Shown piece by piece: positions 18,803-28,335 of a stretch of 64,000 nt of DNA. How positions within the stretch are numbered: position 1 is the first letter of the stretch; every line of letters begins with the position of its first letter. Under the pieces are notes generated by a model, which made no database searches, was not told the origin of the DNA, and saw nothing but the letters and a program-made list of their open reading frames with translations. The translations under genes and the position numbers were made by a program. This stretch comes from an uncultured delta proteobacterium (GTDB lineage Bacteria; Desulfobacterota; Desulfobacteria; Desulfobacterales; JAHEIW01), in the NCBI GenBank assembly GCA_963706575.1, contig CAVPNL010000009.1:224001-288000 (forward strand), given 5' to 3'.

Positions 18803-18896
18803 TAAAACCTATCTCAAAAATAGTAAATCATGCCTCCCGCTTCCGCGGGACAACGCTGCCATTGGGTATTAGATGCATTTTTGAGATAGGTTTTTA
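18803..18896. mobile_element. short MITE-like element (type-1 ends) whose terminal TA is part of the TAA stop of the IolN-like gene
   Basis: TAAAACCTATCTCAAAAAT ... ATTTTTGAGATAGGTTTTTA. Confidence 0.75.
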
Positions 18897-19988
18897 GTAT
18901 GGCCCAATTCTGGGCAAAGAGTAAACGGATTTCCAGCCCGGTGAGCCGGGTTCCTTCAGATACGGTTCCATCTCTTCGCGTGTTCTGAAGGTGGTGGCCT
19001 CCGGGTCGGGAACCTTACCCGTCGGCCAGGTCCTTAAAATATCATCACACAACAGGTCGATGTATTCGATGATGGCCACCACTGCCCGCGACGTTTTACC
19101 GGCTTTTGCCAGACTGGCTCGGCCCACCACGGCCTCGGGCGTGGCGACCAGCTCAAGGGGCAGATCCCCGGCCCGGGACCGATAGGTGTTGGGTCTGATG
19201 AGGTCCTCGACCGATTTGTCGAAATGACCGTCGGGCAAATATTTATGCCCGGCCATCAGATCGGTGTCCTGGGCGTGGCGCATTTCGACCATTTCCGGAA
19301 ACAGCTCGAGACCCAGAGAGGTCTCGGCTTCATCGGCATGCACAAAGCGGTCTGTGAGTTTGCCGCCGTGTTCTGTGGTTTCAAAAAATTCACGGACCGC
19401 CCGGTGCCATTCGAGGGCAATGTAAAACCCCGGCAGTTGATAGGTGTTCATGAAACGTTTGACGGCTTTTTCGATCTCATTTTGCTGCGCATGGTTATTG
19501 ATCCAGATCTGTTTGCGGAAACCGTCGTTCCAGAGACCGTACATGACTTGCATAATGGTCTGTTCGAAAGCCTCATCGCTGACCATCACCGTCCCGTACA
19601 TTCCCTGGTGCCATGGCGGATGCACACCATAATTGATGGGCAGGGCCAGGTTGACCGGCGGTTTTCCGGCTTTTTTCTGTTTGCGCCGAACCGCTTCGGA
19701 TATTCGGCTGACCAGCAGGGTATCAAAGGCACTGACCGTGTGCAATCCGTGATTTTCGGTGCAGCCGACCGGAACAATCACAATGTCGTTTTTGCGACGG
19801 TTTTCAATGACGTCCTTTCGGATGGTATTCTGGATGTAGGAACCCGCCTTATCCATCTCGCCCGGAGAAGGAACCTCACATTCCTTCATGAAGTTTTCGA
19901 TTTCGGCATCGGACATGTTGTAGATGCGCTCTTTGAGCTGTCCGACCGCCGTATCCTCAAACAGAAACCGGCATTCGTTGGCACTCAT
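18894..19988 (-). CDS. iolN: creatininase-family amidohydrolase, IolN (3-dehydro-scyllo-inosose hydrolase)-like
   Basis: 'PVGCTENHG', 'YGVHPPWHQGMYGTV', 'GLWNDGFRKQIWINNH', 'FVHADEAETS', 'LPDGHFDK', 'TPEAVVG' follow the Thermotoga IolN pattern as I recall it. Confidence 0.72.
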   Translation of the reverse strand: MSANECRFLFEDTAVGQLKERIYNMSDAEIENFMKECEVPSPGEMDKAGSYIQNTIRKDVIENRRKNDIVIVPVGCTENHGLHTVSAFDTLLVSRISEAVRRKQKKAGKPPVNLALPINYGVHPPWHQGMYGTVMVSDEAFEQTIMQVMYGLWNDGFRKQIWINNHAQQNEIEKAVKRFMNTYQLPGFYIALEWHRAVREFFETTEHGGKLTDRFVHADEAETSLGLELFPEMVEMRHAQDTDLMAGHKYLPDGHFDKSVEDLIRPNTYRSRAGDLPLELVATPEAVVGRASLAKAGKTSRAVVAIIEYIDLLCDDILRTWPTGKVPDPEATTFRTREEMEPYLKEPGSPGWKSVYSLPRIGPY

Positions 19989-20115
19989 CTTAAAACCTCC
20001 TTTAGTTCATTCGCAAAGTTAGCTCAAGTCAAAGGCCTGAGGTTTCAGGCTGGAAGTGAATGCCGAACCTTGAACTTACCAATCAACATTACAGAGGCTT
20101 CATCTTCCCGATGTA

Positions 20116-21033
20116 CTAATCTAAACCTGACATGGCTGAATCTTTAGTTTTTATGCCCGCCAACTCCTCCATCAGGGCCACCAGGCCGAAATAGTCCAGC
20201 TCGCCTTTGCCGGTGGCCTTCATGGCCCCGTAAAGTTGACGGGTAAGGGCCGTCAGGGGAATGGGAACATCCATCTCCCGTGCGGTGTCCAGGGCGAGAT
20301 CAAAGTCTTTGGCCATCTGGTTGACGGTAAACATCGGGGCGAACCCGCGCTCTTTTAGTAATTCAACCTTAAATCCAATCAGCGGGGAAGCAACCACACT
20401 ATTGTTGATAATATCGATCATCTGGTCCCACTCGATCCCGCCGCGTTTACCAAATGTCAGGGCTTCGGCAGTCATGGCGGAGGTAATGCCCACCATCATG
20501 TTGACCAAAAGCTTCAGGTAGCGGGCCTGATCTCCCGGCCCCATGTGAAACACTTTCCGGCCCAGTTTTTCAAAAATACCCCGGCATTGATCAAATGCAT
20601 CTTCAGGGCCGGAGACTAAAATGGTCAAGGCGGCAGTAACCGCCGATTCGGTGCTGCCGGATACCGGTGCTCGCAGATATTGCGCACCGCTTTTTTCGGC
20701 TGCGGATGAGATGCGGGCCGATGTCGCCGGAGAAACCGTGCTCATGTCGATGTAAATTAGGCCCGGCCGTGCGTTTTGAAAGATTCCCTGCGGCCCGGTG
20801 GTCACCGCTTCCAATGCCGGGTCATCCGGGATCATCGAAATGATGATATCTGCCTGATCGGCAACTTCAGCCGGTGAGTTTGCCGGAGTTGCGCCCTGTT
20901 CCGTCAATACGCCCATGGCCGCCGGCACGACGTCGTAAACCGTCAGCTTATAGCCGGCCTTTAACAAGTGGGTTGACATGGGGGTTCCCATTTTTCCGAC
21001 CCCGATCCAGCCGAGGTTTGGTTTTGTATTCAT
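20116..21033 (-). CDS. beta-hydroxyacid dehydrogenase family oxidoreductase
   Basis: 'GWIGVGKMG', 'APVSGS', 'LKLLVN', 'FTVNQMAKD'. Confidence 0.9.
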   Translation of the reverse strand: MNTKPNLGWIGVGKMGTPMSTHLLKAGYKLTVYDVVPAAMGVLTEQGATPANSPAEVADQADIIISMIPDDPALEAVTTGPQGIFQNARPGLIYIDMSTVSPATSARISSAAEKSGAQYLRAPVSGSTESAVTAALTILVSGPEDAFDQCRGIFEKLGRKVFHMGPGDQARYLKLLVNMMVGITSAMTAEALTFGKRGGIEWDQMIDIINNSVVASPLIGFKVELLKERGFAPMFTVNQMAKDFDLALDTAREMDVPIPLTALTRQLYGAMKATGKGELDYFGLVALMEELAGIKTKDSAMSGLD

Positions 21034-21115
21034 ATACCTGTCCTTTCAAACCCAGCGATATGAATGTGGGCATGGCGATGACGGAAGGTTTTTTTAGCAT
21101 GCGGGCAACGATGCG

Positions 21116-21514
21116 CTACTCGACAATTTTATAGCCGGCCGACGCCAGGGAAGATGCGGCATAAATAAAGAGAATTTCGCACGCTTCATCAAATGGATTA
21201 TACAACCAGTGGACGGCGCCCTTCGGCACCCATACCGTATCGCCGGCAACGATTTCGATTTCTTCGGTACCCCCCCCGACCCCGCCAATGCCCTTGCCGG
21301 ATAGGATGTAAAAGACTTCTTCGGCATCGGGATGGATGTGTTTTTTATGGTATGAGGTTTTGGGCTCAAAGCGAGCGTAACCAAAGGTCAGGTGCTCGGC
21401 CCCGCCCATCTGCTCATCCACAAGGACGCGGCGCAGCGCAGATTCCTTTTTGGATTTCATCAGATCTTTGATGGGCTCGACTCTGCCGTCTTCAAGCTTG
21501 AGGATATGCTTCAT
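21116..21514 (-). CDS. cupin domain protein
   Basis: 'HIHPDAEEVFYILSGKG' ... 'AGDTVWVPKGAVH'. Confidence 0.88.
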   Translation of the reverse strand: MKHILKLEDGRVEPIKDLMKSKKESALRRVLVDEQMGGAEHLTFGYARFEPKTSYHKKHIHPDAEEVFYILSGKGIGGVGGGTEEIEIVAGDTVWVPKGAVHWLYNPFDEACEILFIYAASSLASAGYKIVE

Positions 21515-21573
21515 CTTATCATCACCTTAGAAGTGATTTCAAAAAAATGTTACAAAAGTCGTAATTAATATGG

Positions 21574-21676
21574 TTTCAGGTGTCAGGTGTCGGGTGTCAG
21601 CATATAGATGACCGGGGGAGAATTCGATGCGTCTCGATTGCCCTGATACCTGACACCCGAAACCTGACACCTGAAA
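21574..21676. repeat. inverted-arm element of tandem GGTGTCA heptamers
   Basis: tttcaggtgtcaggtgtcgggtgtcag ... ctgatacctgacacccgaaacctgacacctgaaa. Confidence 0.85.
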
Positions 21677-21714
21677 TATGAACGTGTTTCGTAAATTACT
21701 TGCGGGACACAACA

Positions 21715-22788
21715 CTAGGCATTGGGGTGCACAATAACCTTCACTGCCCCTCCGATTCTTTCAACAAAGGTCTTAAATGCTTCATCGATTTGATCCAGCG
21801 GAAAAGAATGTGTGGCCAGCTGCTTTAATGATATGCGCCCCTGGGAAAGCATCGACACCGCCCGTGAGCAATTGGCCCAGCCTTCGCCCCGAATCGAAAA
21901 AATATGGATGTTGCGCGAGCCCATGGTGGAAAAATTGGCAGAGACCGGCTTTTCAGGGTATCCGACCAGCAGGATTTTGCCCATGCGTTTTGACATTTCA
22001 ATGGCGGTTTGAATGCCCTGGTCGGAACCGGATGATTCAATTACCAGGTCCGCTCCGATCCCATCGGTTTCATCTCTGACCACCTGAACGGCATCTTCAT
22101 TTTTGACATTAATCAGTCGGTCGGCCCCCATTTTTTTGCCCATCTCGAGACGGCTGTCGCGGGTTCCGGACAAAAATATTTTTTTGGCACACAGGGCCCT
22201 GGCCACCCCCACCGATACCAGCCCCAGGGGTCCCGGCCCGATTACCGCCACATTGTCTCCCACCACATAGCCGCCGGTGGTTTGAAAACCATAGAGCACA
22301 CAACCTAAATTGGTGATCAGCGCAGCTTCTTTGAACTCGATGCTATCCGGAATCTTGTGCACGGTGTTGATATGATTCAGCGCATACTGGGCAAAACCGC
22401 CATTGGTGGTAAAGCCATTGGCGCGATGACCTCTTTTGAGATTGCCGTAATTCAGACAGGCGGTATAGTTGCCCAGCCGGCAGTTTCGGCAGCGGCCGCA
22501 GCCCAGGCTGGCCTCAACCGCGACCCGATCCCCGACTTGAAGCTCGTCTACGGTATCGCCCACCGCCGCGATGGTTCCGGCATATTCGTGGCCGATAATA
22601 AAGGATCCATAGGGCGGCTGTGCTTCCCAGGGCTCCTCGATGAGAGCCACATCGCTGCCGCATACGGCGGTAGCCTCGACTTTGACCAAAACGTCTTGCG
22701 GTCCCGGCCGGGGGGTGGGCATCTCTTTCACCTCCAGTTGATTTTTGCCCATCAGCACAACGGCCTTCATTTTATCTGGGATTGCCAT
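21715..22788 (-). CDS. zinc-dependent medium-chain alcohol/polyol dehydrogenase
   Basis: 'CGSD', 'GHE', structural Zn 'CGRCRNCRLGNYTAC', 'GPGPLG'. Confidence 0.93.
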   Translation of the reverse strand: MAIPDKMKAVVLMGKNQLEVKEMPTPRPGPQDVLVKVEATAVCGSDVALIEEPWEAQPPYGSFIIGHEYAGTIAAVGDTVDELQVGDRVAVEASLGCGRCRNCRLGNYTACLNYGNLKRGHRANGFTTNGGFAQYALNHINTVHKIPDSIEFKEAALITNLGCVLYGFQTTGGYVVGDNVAVIGPGPLGLVSVGVARALCAKKIFLSGTRDSRLEMGKKMGADRLINVKNEDAVQVVRDETDGIGADLVIESSGSDQGIQTAIEMSKRMGKILLVGYPEKPVSANFSTMGSRNIHIFSIRGEGWANCSRAVSMLSQGRISLKQLATHSFPLDQIDEAFKTFVERIGGAVKVIVHPNA

Positions 22789-22961
22789 GGTTTGTTTCTC
22801 CTTTCGCCGGGCTTGATATTTTTTATGCCCTTAAGACATTTTTCCATTTTCCATGTTAATTGAAGTGAGATTCGGGGTTTCAATTACAAGAAAAAAACAT
22901 CAACTTGCAGGGATTCACTTTTTATTGTATTGATTAGTTTGTCAACACAAAATTGCACTCA

Positions 22962-22977
22962 TTGCTCATATGAGCAA
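22962..22977. promoter_or_regulatory. perfect 16-bp palindrome, candidate operator in a divergent promoter
   Basis: TTGCTCATATGAGCAA between the ADH and DMT genes. Confidence 0.55.
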
Positions 22978-23025
22978 CCGGTTAACTTAATGCAAACCGA
23001 TTAAATTTAAACGGGGGACAGAATT

Positions 23026-23460
23026 ATGGATAAAATTGGCCTTATTATTCTTGCGATCTTTGCCGGGATGAGCAACGGCTTCCAGGCACCGGTCAATGCC
23101 GCTTTAGGCAAATTCGTGGGTGTCGTTGAAAGTTCCTGTATTTCATTTAGTGTCGGCGCTTTGGCCATGCTGGTTGTTTCTCTGGTTGCCGGACAGGGCA
23201 GCATTTTAAAAATTGTCGATGCACCTCCGTATTTATGGATTGGCGGATTGCTGGGCGCCTTCTTTGTTACAACCGCTCTTTTTGTAGTACCTAAAATCGG
23301 GGCGGCCGTCATGATTGCTTCTGTCTTAACGGGCCAGATGGCGGCAGCGTTAATTATTGATCAAACCGGCTTGCTCGGGATTACGAAAAATCCGATTGAT
23401 CTGTACCGTATCGGAGGGCTTGCCTGTCTTGCTGTCGGCATCAAATTGTTATCAAAATAG
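23026..23460 (+). CDS. DMT-superfamily transporter (YdcZ/DUF606)
   Basis: 'QAPVNAALG', 'SFSVG', 'GGLLGAFFV', 'GQMAAALIIDQTG'. Confidence 0.9.
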   Translation: MDKIGLIILAIFAGMSNGFQAPVNAALGKFVGVVESSCISFSVGALAMLVVSLVAGQGSILKIVDAPPYLWIGGLLGAFFVTTALFVVPKIGAAVMIASVLTGQMAAALIIDQTGLLGITKNPIDLYRIGGLACLAVGIKLLSK

Positions 23461-23489
23461 GTCAGAACAATTTTTTAAGGACAATAAAA

Positions 23490-24362
23490 ATGCAAGTCAC
23501 CGATCACATCCATGCCTTAAAAATACCGTTTAAGCTGCGCGTGGGCCCGGACAAAACGGTGGACCGACTTGTTTTTGCCTATCTCATCTATGGCGATCAA
23601 ATATGTCTGATTGACAGTGGCGTTGCCGGATCCGAGGCGATAATTCTGGAATATATCAAACAGGCCGGCCGGGATCCTCAGGACATTGCCCGGATCATCT
23701 TTACCCATTCTCATGCAGATCATATCGGTGGTAGCCGCGCGCTTAAAAAGCAAACCGGTTGTAAATTGGCCGCCCATATCGATGCCAAACCCTGGATTGA
23801 AAATGTGGACCAGCAGTATGCGGAACGACCCATCGGGAATTTTTATGATCTCGTCGCGGGCTCGGTCGAAATTGATTCAGAGTTAAAAGACGGCGATCTG
23901 GTGGATCTGGGCGACGGCAGAACACTCGAAATATTCCACACCCCCGGTCATTCAAAAGGCTCTATCTCTCTTTTGTATAATAAAGACAGGGCGATATTCA
24001 GCGGGGATGCCGTTCCCAAGCCAGGTACCGTGCCGATTTATGAAGATGTGGCAACTTCAATTGAGTCCATAAAGAGATTAAAACAAATTGAAGATCTGGA
24101 GATCCTGATGGCTTCCTGGGATGATCCCCAATTCGGTGCCAGCGTATACCCGTCCATGGATGCCGGATTGCAATGGTTTCAACAGATCCACGAAGCGGTT
24201 TTGGCCGAAACGGCCGGATCGGATGCTTTAGACCCAGAGGACCTCTGCGCCCGGGTTTTAAAACGGCTGGGTTTTCCGGAAATCCCCCTGGTTCCCATTG
24301 TGGTCACCTCAATCGGGGCCCATTTGAAACTGCTTGACCGGCAAGATTTGATAGCGGATTGA
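23490..24362 (+). CDS. MBL-fold metallo-hydrolase
   Basis: 'THSHADHIGG', 'TPGHS', 'SGDA'. Confidence 0.92.
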   Translation: MQVTDHIHALKIPFKLRVGPDKTVDRLVFAYLIYGDQICLIDSGVAGSEAIILEYIKQAGRDPQDIARIIFTHSHADHIGGSRALKKQTGCKLAAHIDAKPWIENVDQQYAERPIGNFYDLVAGSVEIDSELKDGDLVDLGDGRTLEIFHTPGHSKGSISLLYNKDRAIFSGDAVPKPGTVPIYEDVATSIESIKRLKQIEDLEILMASWDDPQFGASVYPSMDAGLQWFQQIHEAVLAETAGSDALDPEDLCARVLKRLGFPEIPLVPIVVTSIGAHLKLLDRQDLIAD

Positions 24363-24487
24363 TTCTCATTGTAAATCTTGACAAGTAAAATTTGCGCATT
24401 AATTATTCTGAACCTATTATATTAAACGATAGATGAGCGTCCAAATTTAATTTGCGTTTAATTTAACAACGAAGGAGATGGATTGCG

Positions 24488-24976
24488 ATGAGTACGGAGG
24501 AAAGTCCCATTAACGGGTAAAACGATTTTGGCGGTTGACGACGAACCGGATGTGCTTGACACCTTGGTGAGAATTGTTAGAGCATGTGCCAGGTCATCAA
24601 AAAAACCAATTATGATGACGCTGTTGAATACTTAAACAGCGACAGTCCGGATCTGGCGATTTTGGATATCATGGGCGTTAACGGTTTTGAACTGCTGAAG
24701 CTCTGTGTTGCGAAAAAAATTGATGCCGTCATGCTGACCGCCCATGCGTTTTCAGTAGAATCGCTTAAGGAATCCCTCGACCTGGGGGCCCGAGCCTATC
24801 TTCCCAAAGAGAAAATGGCCGATATTGTTTCTTTTTTAGAAGATGTGGTCACCATGGAGCACAAGGAAAACTGGCAGCGCCTGTTCAAACGTTTGGGCGG
24901 ATTGTTAAATGCCACCTTTGGAGCGGATTGGAATAAAGAACTGATCGAAATCGGACCGTTCATTGTGCCGGAATAG
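24488..24976 (+). CDS. stand-alone response regulator receiver (three +1 insertions in the 5' 100 nt)
   Basis: Removing single bases near 24516, 24570 and 24580 gives MSTEESPINGKTILAVDDEPDVLDTLVELLSMCQV..; 'LDIMG', 'MLTAH', 'YLPK'. Confidence 0.8.
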
Positions 24977-25036
24977 GTTATCGGTTATCTGTTATTTGAA
25001 CCAAAAACCTGACCAATAACCAATAACGGATAACTA
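24977..25036. repeat. inverted-arm element of tandem GTTAT(N2) heptamers
   Basis: gttatcggttatctgttatt ... caataaccaataacggataac, directly after a TAG stop. Confidence 0.7.
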
Positions 25037-25057
25037 AAAAGTGTCTCCAGACACTTT

Positions 25058-25369
25058 TTATGCGTGTTCCTTCTTAAATTTTTTCGCAATGGCCACAAAA
25101 TCATACGAGGGATAGACCTCATAACGGAAGGCGCCCCAGGCCTTTTTTTCAAAAAACAGGTTCACATTGCGAATGGCGTCCGGTTCCACGCGCAGCTGGA
25201 TAATAAAGCCAAAAGACATCGCCACCACCCAGGAGACCAGTTCCGCTCCTTCCGGGGGAAAGTCGCGATAAAATCCGGTTTCCTTGGTATGGGCCAGAAT
25301 TTGATCCAGGTTTTTGGCCTGGTCATGATGCAAAATTACCGTTAAGAGCACTTTTTGATCCGATGCCAT
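25058..25369 (-). CDS. small hypothetical protein (possible ferredoxin-like alpha/beta fold)
   Basis: 103 aa, AAGGAGG RBS, directly downstream of the DRE-TIM gene. Confidence 0.75.
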   Translation of the reverse strand: MASDQKVLLTVILHHDQAKNLDQILAHTKETGFYRDFPPEGAELVSWVVAMSFGFIIQLRVEPDAIRNVNLFFEKKAWGAFRYEVYPSYDFVAIAKKFKKEHA

Positions 25370-25381
25370 TTTTCCTCCTTT

Positions 25382-26623
25382 TCAGGACTTAACTGTCTTT
25401 ACAATTTCGACAAACTCATCTTCAGTCAGCACCCGCTTCAAGTCATGCGAGGTTTGTTTTACTTTTTGAAGAACGGCCATTTCCTCGTCTTCATTTAGCT
25501 CAATGTTCAGTTTCCGGGTCCAGATGCCGATATTATCCAACCCGCTTTTTTTACCCATGAATATGTCCGGGGGCGTGTGACCGACAAATGCAGGATTCAC
25601 CGGATACACAATCGTCGGGTCAACTTGAAACACGTTTTTGTACCATCCGGTCACGATTCCGGATTCGATGTTATAGGCGTAATCACCGATAAAGGGCCGA
25701 TTCTTGGGCACTTCAATCCCGGTAAGTTTCTGCACCAGTTTGGACAGTTCATTGAGTTTGCCAAAATCGATTCCGACATCGATCCCATAAAGGGTCAGCA
25801 GCGCCAGGGCGGTTTCTTCCAGCGGGGTGTTGCCCGCGCGTTCGCCGATACCCAAAACCGTGGAATGAATCACCTCGGCGCCGGCCAGCACGGCATTGAT
25901 GGTGTTGGCCACGCCCAGACCGAAATCCGAGTGGAAGTGGATCTCCACCGGCGTATTGACGCGCTCGATTACCTTCTGGGTAAAATAGGTGGCCGCATGC
26001 GATGACAGCACACCAAAGGTGTCAACCAGGGTAAAGGCATCCATATGGCCTTCGGTGGCCACTTTCTCGACCAGATCCAGCAGCCAGTTCATATCCGAAC
26101 GGGTGGCATCGATAGTGAAAAATACCGTATACAAGCCGGCCTTTTTAGCGGCCTGGGTGGCAGTGATGGACAATTCGACCGCTTTTTCCAGTGGCCATTT
26201 ATAGCCCTGCTCGATCAAATGTTTGCTGGACGGAATTTCAATGATAATACCGTCCACGCCGCAATCAGCCGCCAGCTCGACATCCGGAATCATACAGCGC
26301 GCAAAGCAAAAGATCTCGGCATCCAGGTTGCGTTTGACGATTTCTCGAATGGCAGCCTCGTCATTGGGGGATACCGCCGGCATACCGGCTTCGATGCGGT
26401 GAATACCGACTTCGGACAGCTTTTCGGCGATCTGGATTTTATCGTCCTTTCTTAAAATGATCCCGGCCTGTTGCTCTCCGTCACGCAGGGTAATGTCATG
26501 AATTTTGACGGTCTTGGGCGGTTTAAAACCCTGGGTGACTTCCTCCAAATAGTTCCAGGAGCTGACATACCAGTTATCGGTTTTCCAGGGCTGCCCGGTA
26601 TTATTCTTATCAGCTTGGCTCAT
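25382..26623 (-). CDS. DRE-TIM metallolyase (isopropylmalate/homocitrate/citramalate synthase-like), no LeuA regulatory domain
   Basis: 'DITLRDGEQQ', 'DTFG', 'HFHSDFG', 'GIGERAGN', 'GKKSG'. Confidence 0.88.
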   Translation of the reverse strand: MSQADKNNTGQPWKTDNWYVSSWNYLEEVTQGFKPPKTVKIHDITLRDGEQQAGIILRKDDKIQIAEKLSEVGIHRIEAGMPAVSPNDEAAIREIVKRNLDAEIFCFARCMIPDVELAADCGVDGIIIEIPSSKHLIEQGYKWPLEKAVELSITATQAAKKAGLYTVFFTIDATRSDMNWLLDLVEKVATEGHMDAFTLVDTFGVLSSHAATYFTQKVIERVNTPVEIHFHSDFGLGVANTINAVLAGAEVIHSTVLGIGERAGNTPLEETALALLTLYGIDVGIDFGKLNELSKLVQKLTGIEVPKNRPFIGDYAYNIESGIVTGWYKNVFQVDPTIVYPVNPAFVGHTPPDIFMGKKSGLDNIGIWTRKLNIELNEDEEMAVLQKVKQTSHDLKRVLTEDEFVEIVKTVKS

Positions 26624-26669
26624 GGTTTTGCCCTCCAATGTTGAAATAGAGTATATTTATTTTAAGATT

Positions 26670-26706
26670 TAGAAGTGGTTTTAAAACCTCAGATCAGGTT
26701 CAAGGG
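26670..26706. mobile_element. truncated type-2 MITE end
   Basis: TAGAAGTGGTTTTAAAACCTCAGATCAGGTTCAAGGG matches the start of the 55528 copy. Confidence 0.75.
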
Positions 26707-26709
26707 TTA

Positions 26710-26929
26710 AAAGTGCCTAAAGTGATCTAAAATGCTAAAGTAAACTAAAGCTTGGGCCTCACGCAAAGCCGCAAAATAACACGCGCGCAAAGACCCGGAG
26801 GTTTTTTTATTGTTTAAACTAAAATTCTTTGCGGCTTAGCGGCTTTGCGTGAACAAGAAATTAAAATAGACAGAATTCCACAACTTTAGTCACTTTAGAT
26901 CACTTTAAATCCCGCCCCAGGCGGGACTC
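26710..26929. repeat. nested repeats: TAAAGTG-arm element enclosing a CGCAAAG-arm element, followed by a CCCGCC/GGCGGG hairpin
   Basis: aagtgcctaaagtgatctaa.. [cctcacgcaaagccgcaaa..tctttgcggcttagcggctttgcgtga] ..gacagaattccacaactttagtcactttagatcacttta. Confidence 0.8.
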
Positions 26930-26935
26930 ACTTAT

Positions 26936-28321
26936 TTAGGGAAATATCTTCCCCGGATTCAGAATGCCGTTGGGATCAAACAATGTCTTCACGCGTTTCA
27001 TCCACTCCAGGCTGTTCCCATGTTCGGCCAACATGTATTTACGCTTTCCCAGGCCGACGCCGTGCTCGCCGGTGGCGGTCCCTCCCAGATCCAGGGTTTT
27101 GTAAACCAGGCGCTCCGAGATTTGGTGGATCAGATCCCATTGCTCGCGGTTGTTCTTTTGGCCGGCAATGTTTAAATGCACGTTGCCATTTCCGGCATGG
27201 CTGATGGTGTAACAGGTTAAATCGGTTGCGCCAAGTTCTTCACGGCTGGCGGCAATCAACTCCGGATAGGCGGTAATAGGAACGGCGACATCCATCACCA
27301 GAATACCGCAATCCGGGTGTTTGCGGATAATGATTTCACCCAGGGCATGCCGGGCTTTGAAGATACGATCGCGTTCCGATCGGCCCACGCCGGTTTCAAA
27401 CACCTGGCAGCCCTCACTTTTACAGATCTCCTCGGCCATCTCCAGAACCTCGGTCAACTGGCTGCTAGTGGTCCCGTGAAATTCCATGATAAGGGTCGGT
27501 GAGACCGTCAATTTTAAATTTTCCTCCGCGTTCATCAACTCGATGCACTCGGGGCCCAGCAGTTCGAGAGCCGCCGGATTGAGCCCGGAGCGCATGATCT
27601 CGAACACGACCTTGCTGGCAGCCTCTACCGAGGGGAAGGTGGCAACGGCCGCTGAAAATTCGACCGGCAACCCGACCAGGCGTACCGTGGCACCAACGAC
27701 AATTCCCAGGGTTCCCTCGGAGCCGACAAAAAGACGGATGAGGTCATATCCCGATGATGTTTTGCTGGCCTGATTGCCGATCTCGATGATCTCACCATTG
27801 GCCAAAACCACCGACAGACGCAGAACATAATCTTTGGTGGAACCGTAATACACCGTGCGGGTCCCGCTGGCGTTATTGGCAATCATGCCGCCAAGTGTGG
27901 CGCGGGCGCCCGGGTCCGGCGGGAAGAATAATCCCGTGTGACGGAGCTTTTCATTCAGATCCTGGTAGATCACCCCCGGCTCCACATCGGCTTGAAACGC
28001 CTCCGGGCGAATATCAAGGATCCGGTTCATCTGTGCAAAATCCAGTACAATGCCGCCTTCAACCGGGATCGGATTGCCTTCCAGCGAAGACCCTGAACCC
28101 CAGCCGACAATCGGAATCCGGTTGTCGTTTGCATATTTTACGACCGCGGCCACCTCTTTCGCTGTCTGTGGCCATATCACCGCTTCGGGGCGAATGGCGG
28201 GATGCTGCGACTGATCTTTGGCGTGCAGATCGAGAACGGATTCGCCCGTGGACAGGCGGTCATCGGGCACAATGGTTTTAAGGTAGCTGATATGGGATGT
28301 CTCGATCGAATTGAATTTCAA
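26936..28321 (-). CDS. FAD-binding D-2-hydroxyacid oxidoreductase (GlcD/D-lactate dehydrogenase family)
   Basis: 'GSGSSLEG', 'FFPPDPG', 'GGMIANNASG', 'GSEGTLG', 'HAGNGNVH', 'TGEHGVG', 'LNPGKIF'. TTG start assumed. Confidence 0.93.
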   Translation of the reverse strand: MKFNSIETSHISYLKTIVPDDRLSTGESVLDLHAKDQSQHPAIRPEAVIWPQTAKEVAAVVKYANDNRIPIVGWGSGSSLEGNPIPVEGGIVLDFAQMNRILDIRPEAFQADVEPGVIYQDLNEKLRHTGLFFPPDPGARATLGGMIANNASGTRTVYYGSTKDYVLRLSVVLANGEIIEIGNQASKTSSGYDLIRLFVGSEGTLGIVVGATVRLVGLPVEFSAAVATFPSVEAASKVVFEIMRSGLNPAALELLGPECIELMNAEENLKLTVSPTLIMEFHGTTSSQLTEVLEMAEEICKSEGCQVFETGVGRSERDRIFKARHALGEIIIRKHPDCGILVMDVAVPITAYPELIAASREELGATDLTCYTISHAGNGNVHLNIAGQKNNREQWDLIHQISERLVYKTLDLGGTATGEHGVGLGKRKYMLAEHGNSLEWMKRVKTLFDPNGILNPGKIFP

Positions 28322-28335
28322 TTTAATACCCCCCT

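Noticed and set aside
19224..20147. Long antisense ORFs (e.g. 19224-20147, 29978-30742, 57795-58787, 6187-6882)
   Set aside because: They are shadows of well-supported genes on the opposite strand and show no recognisable motifs.
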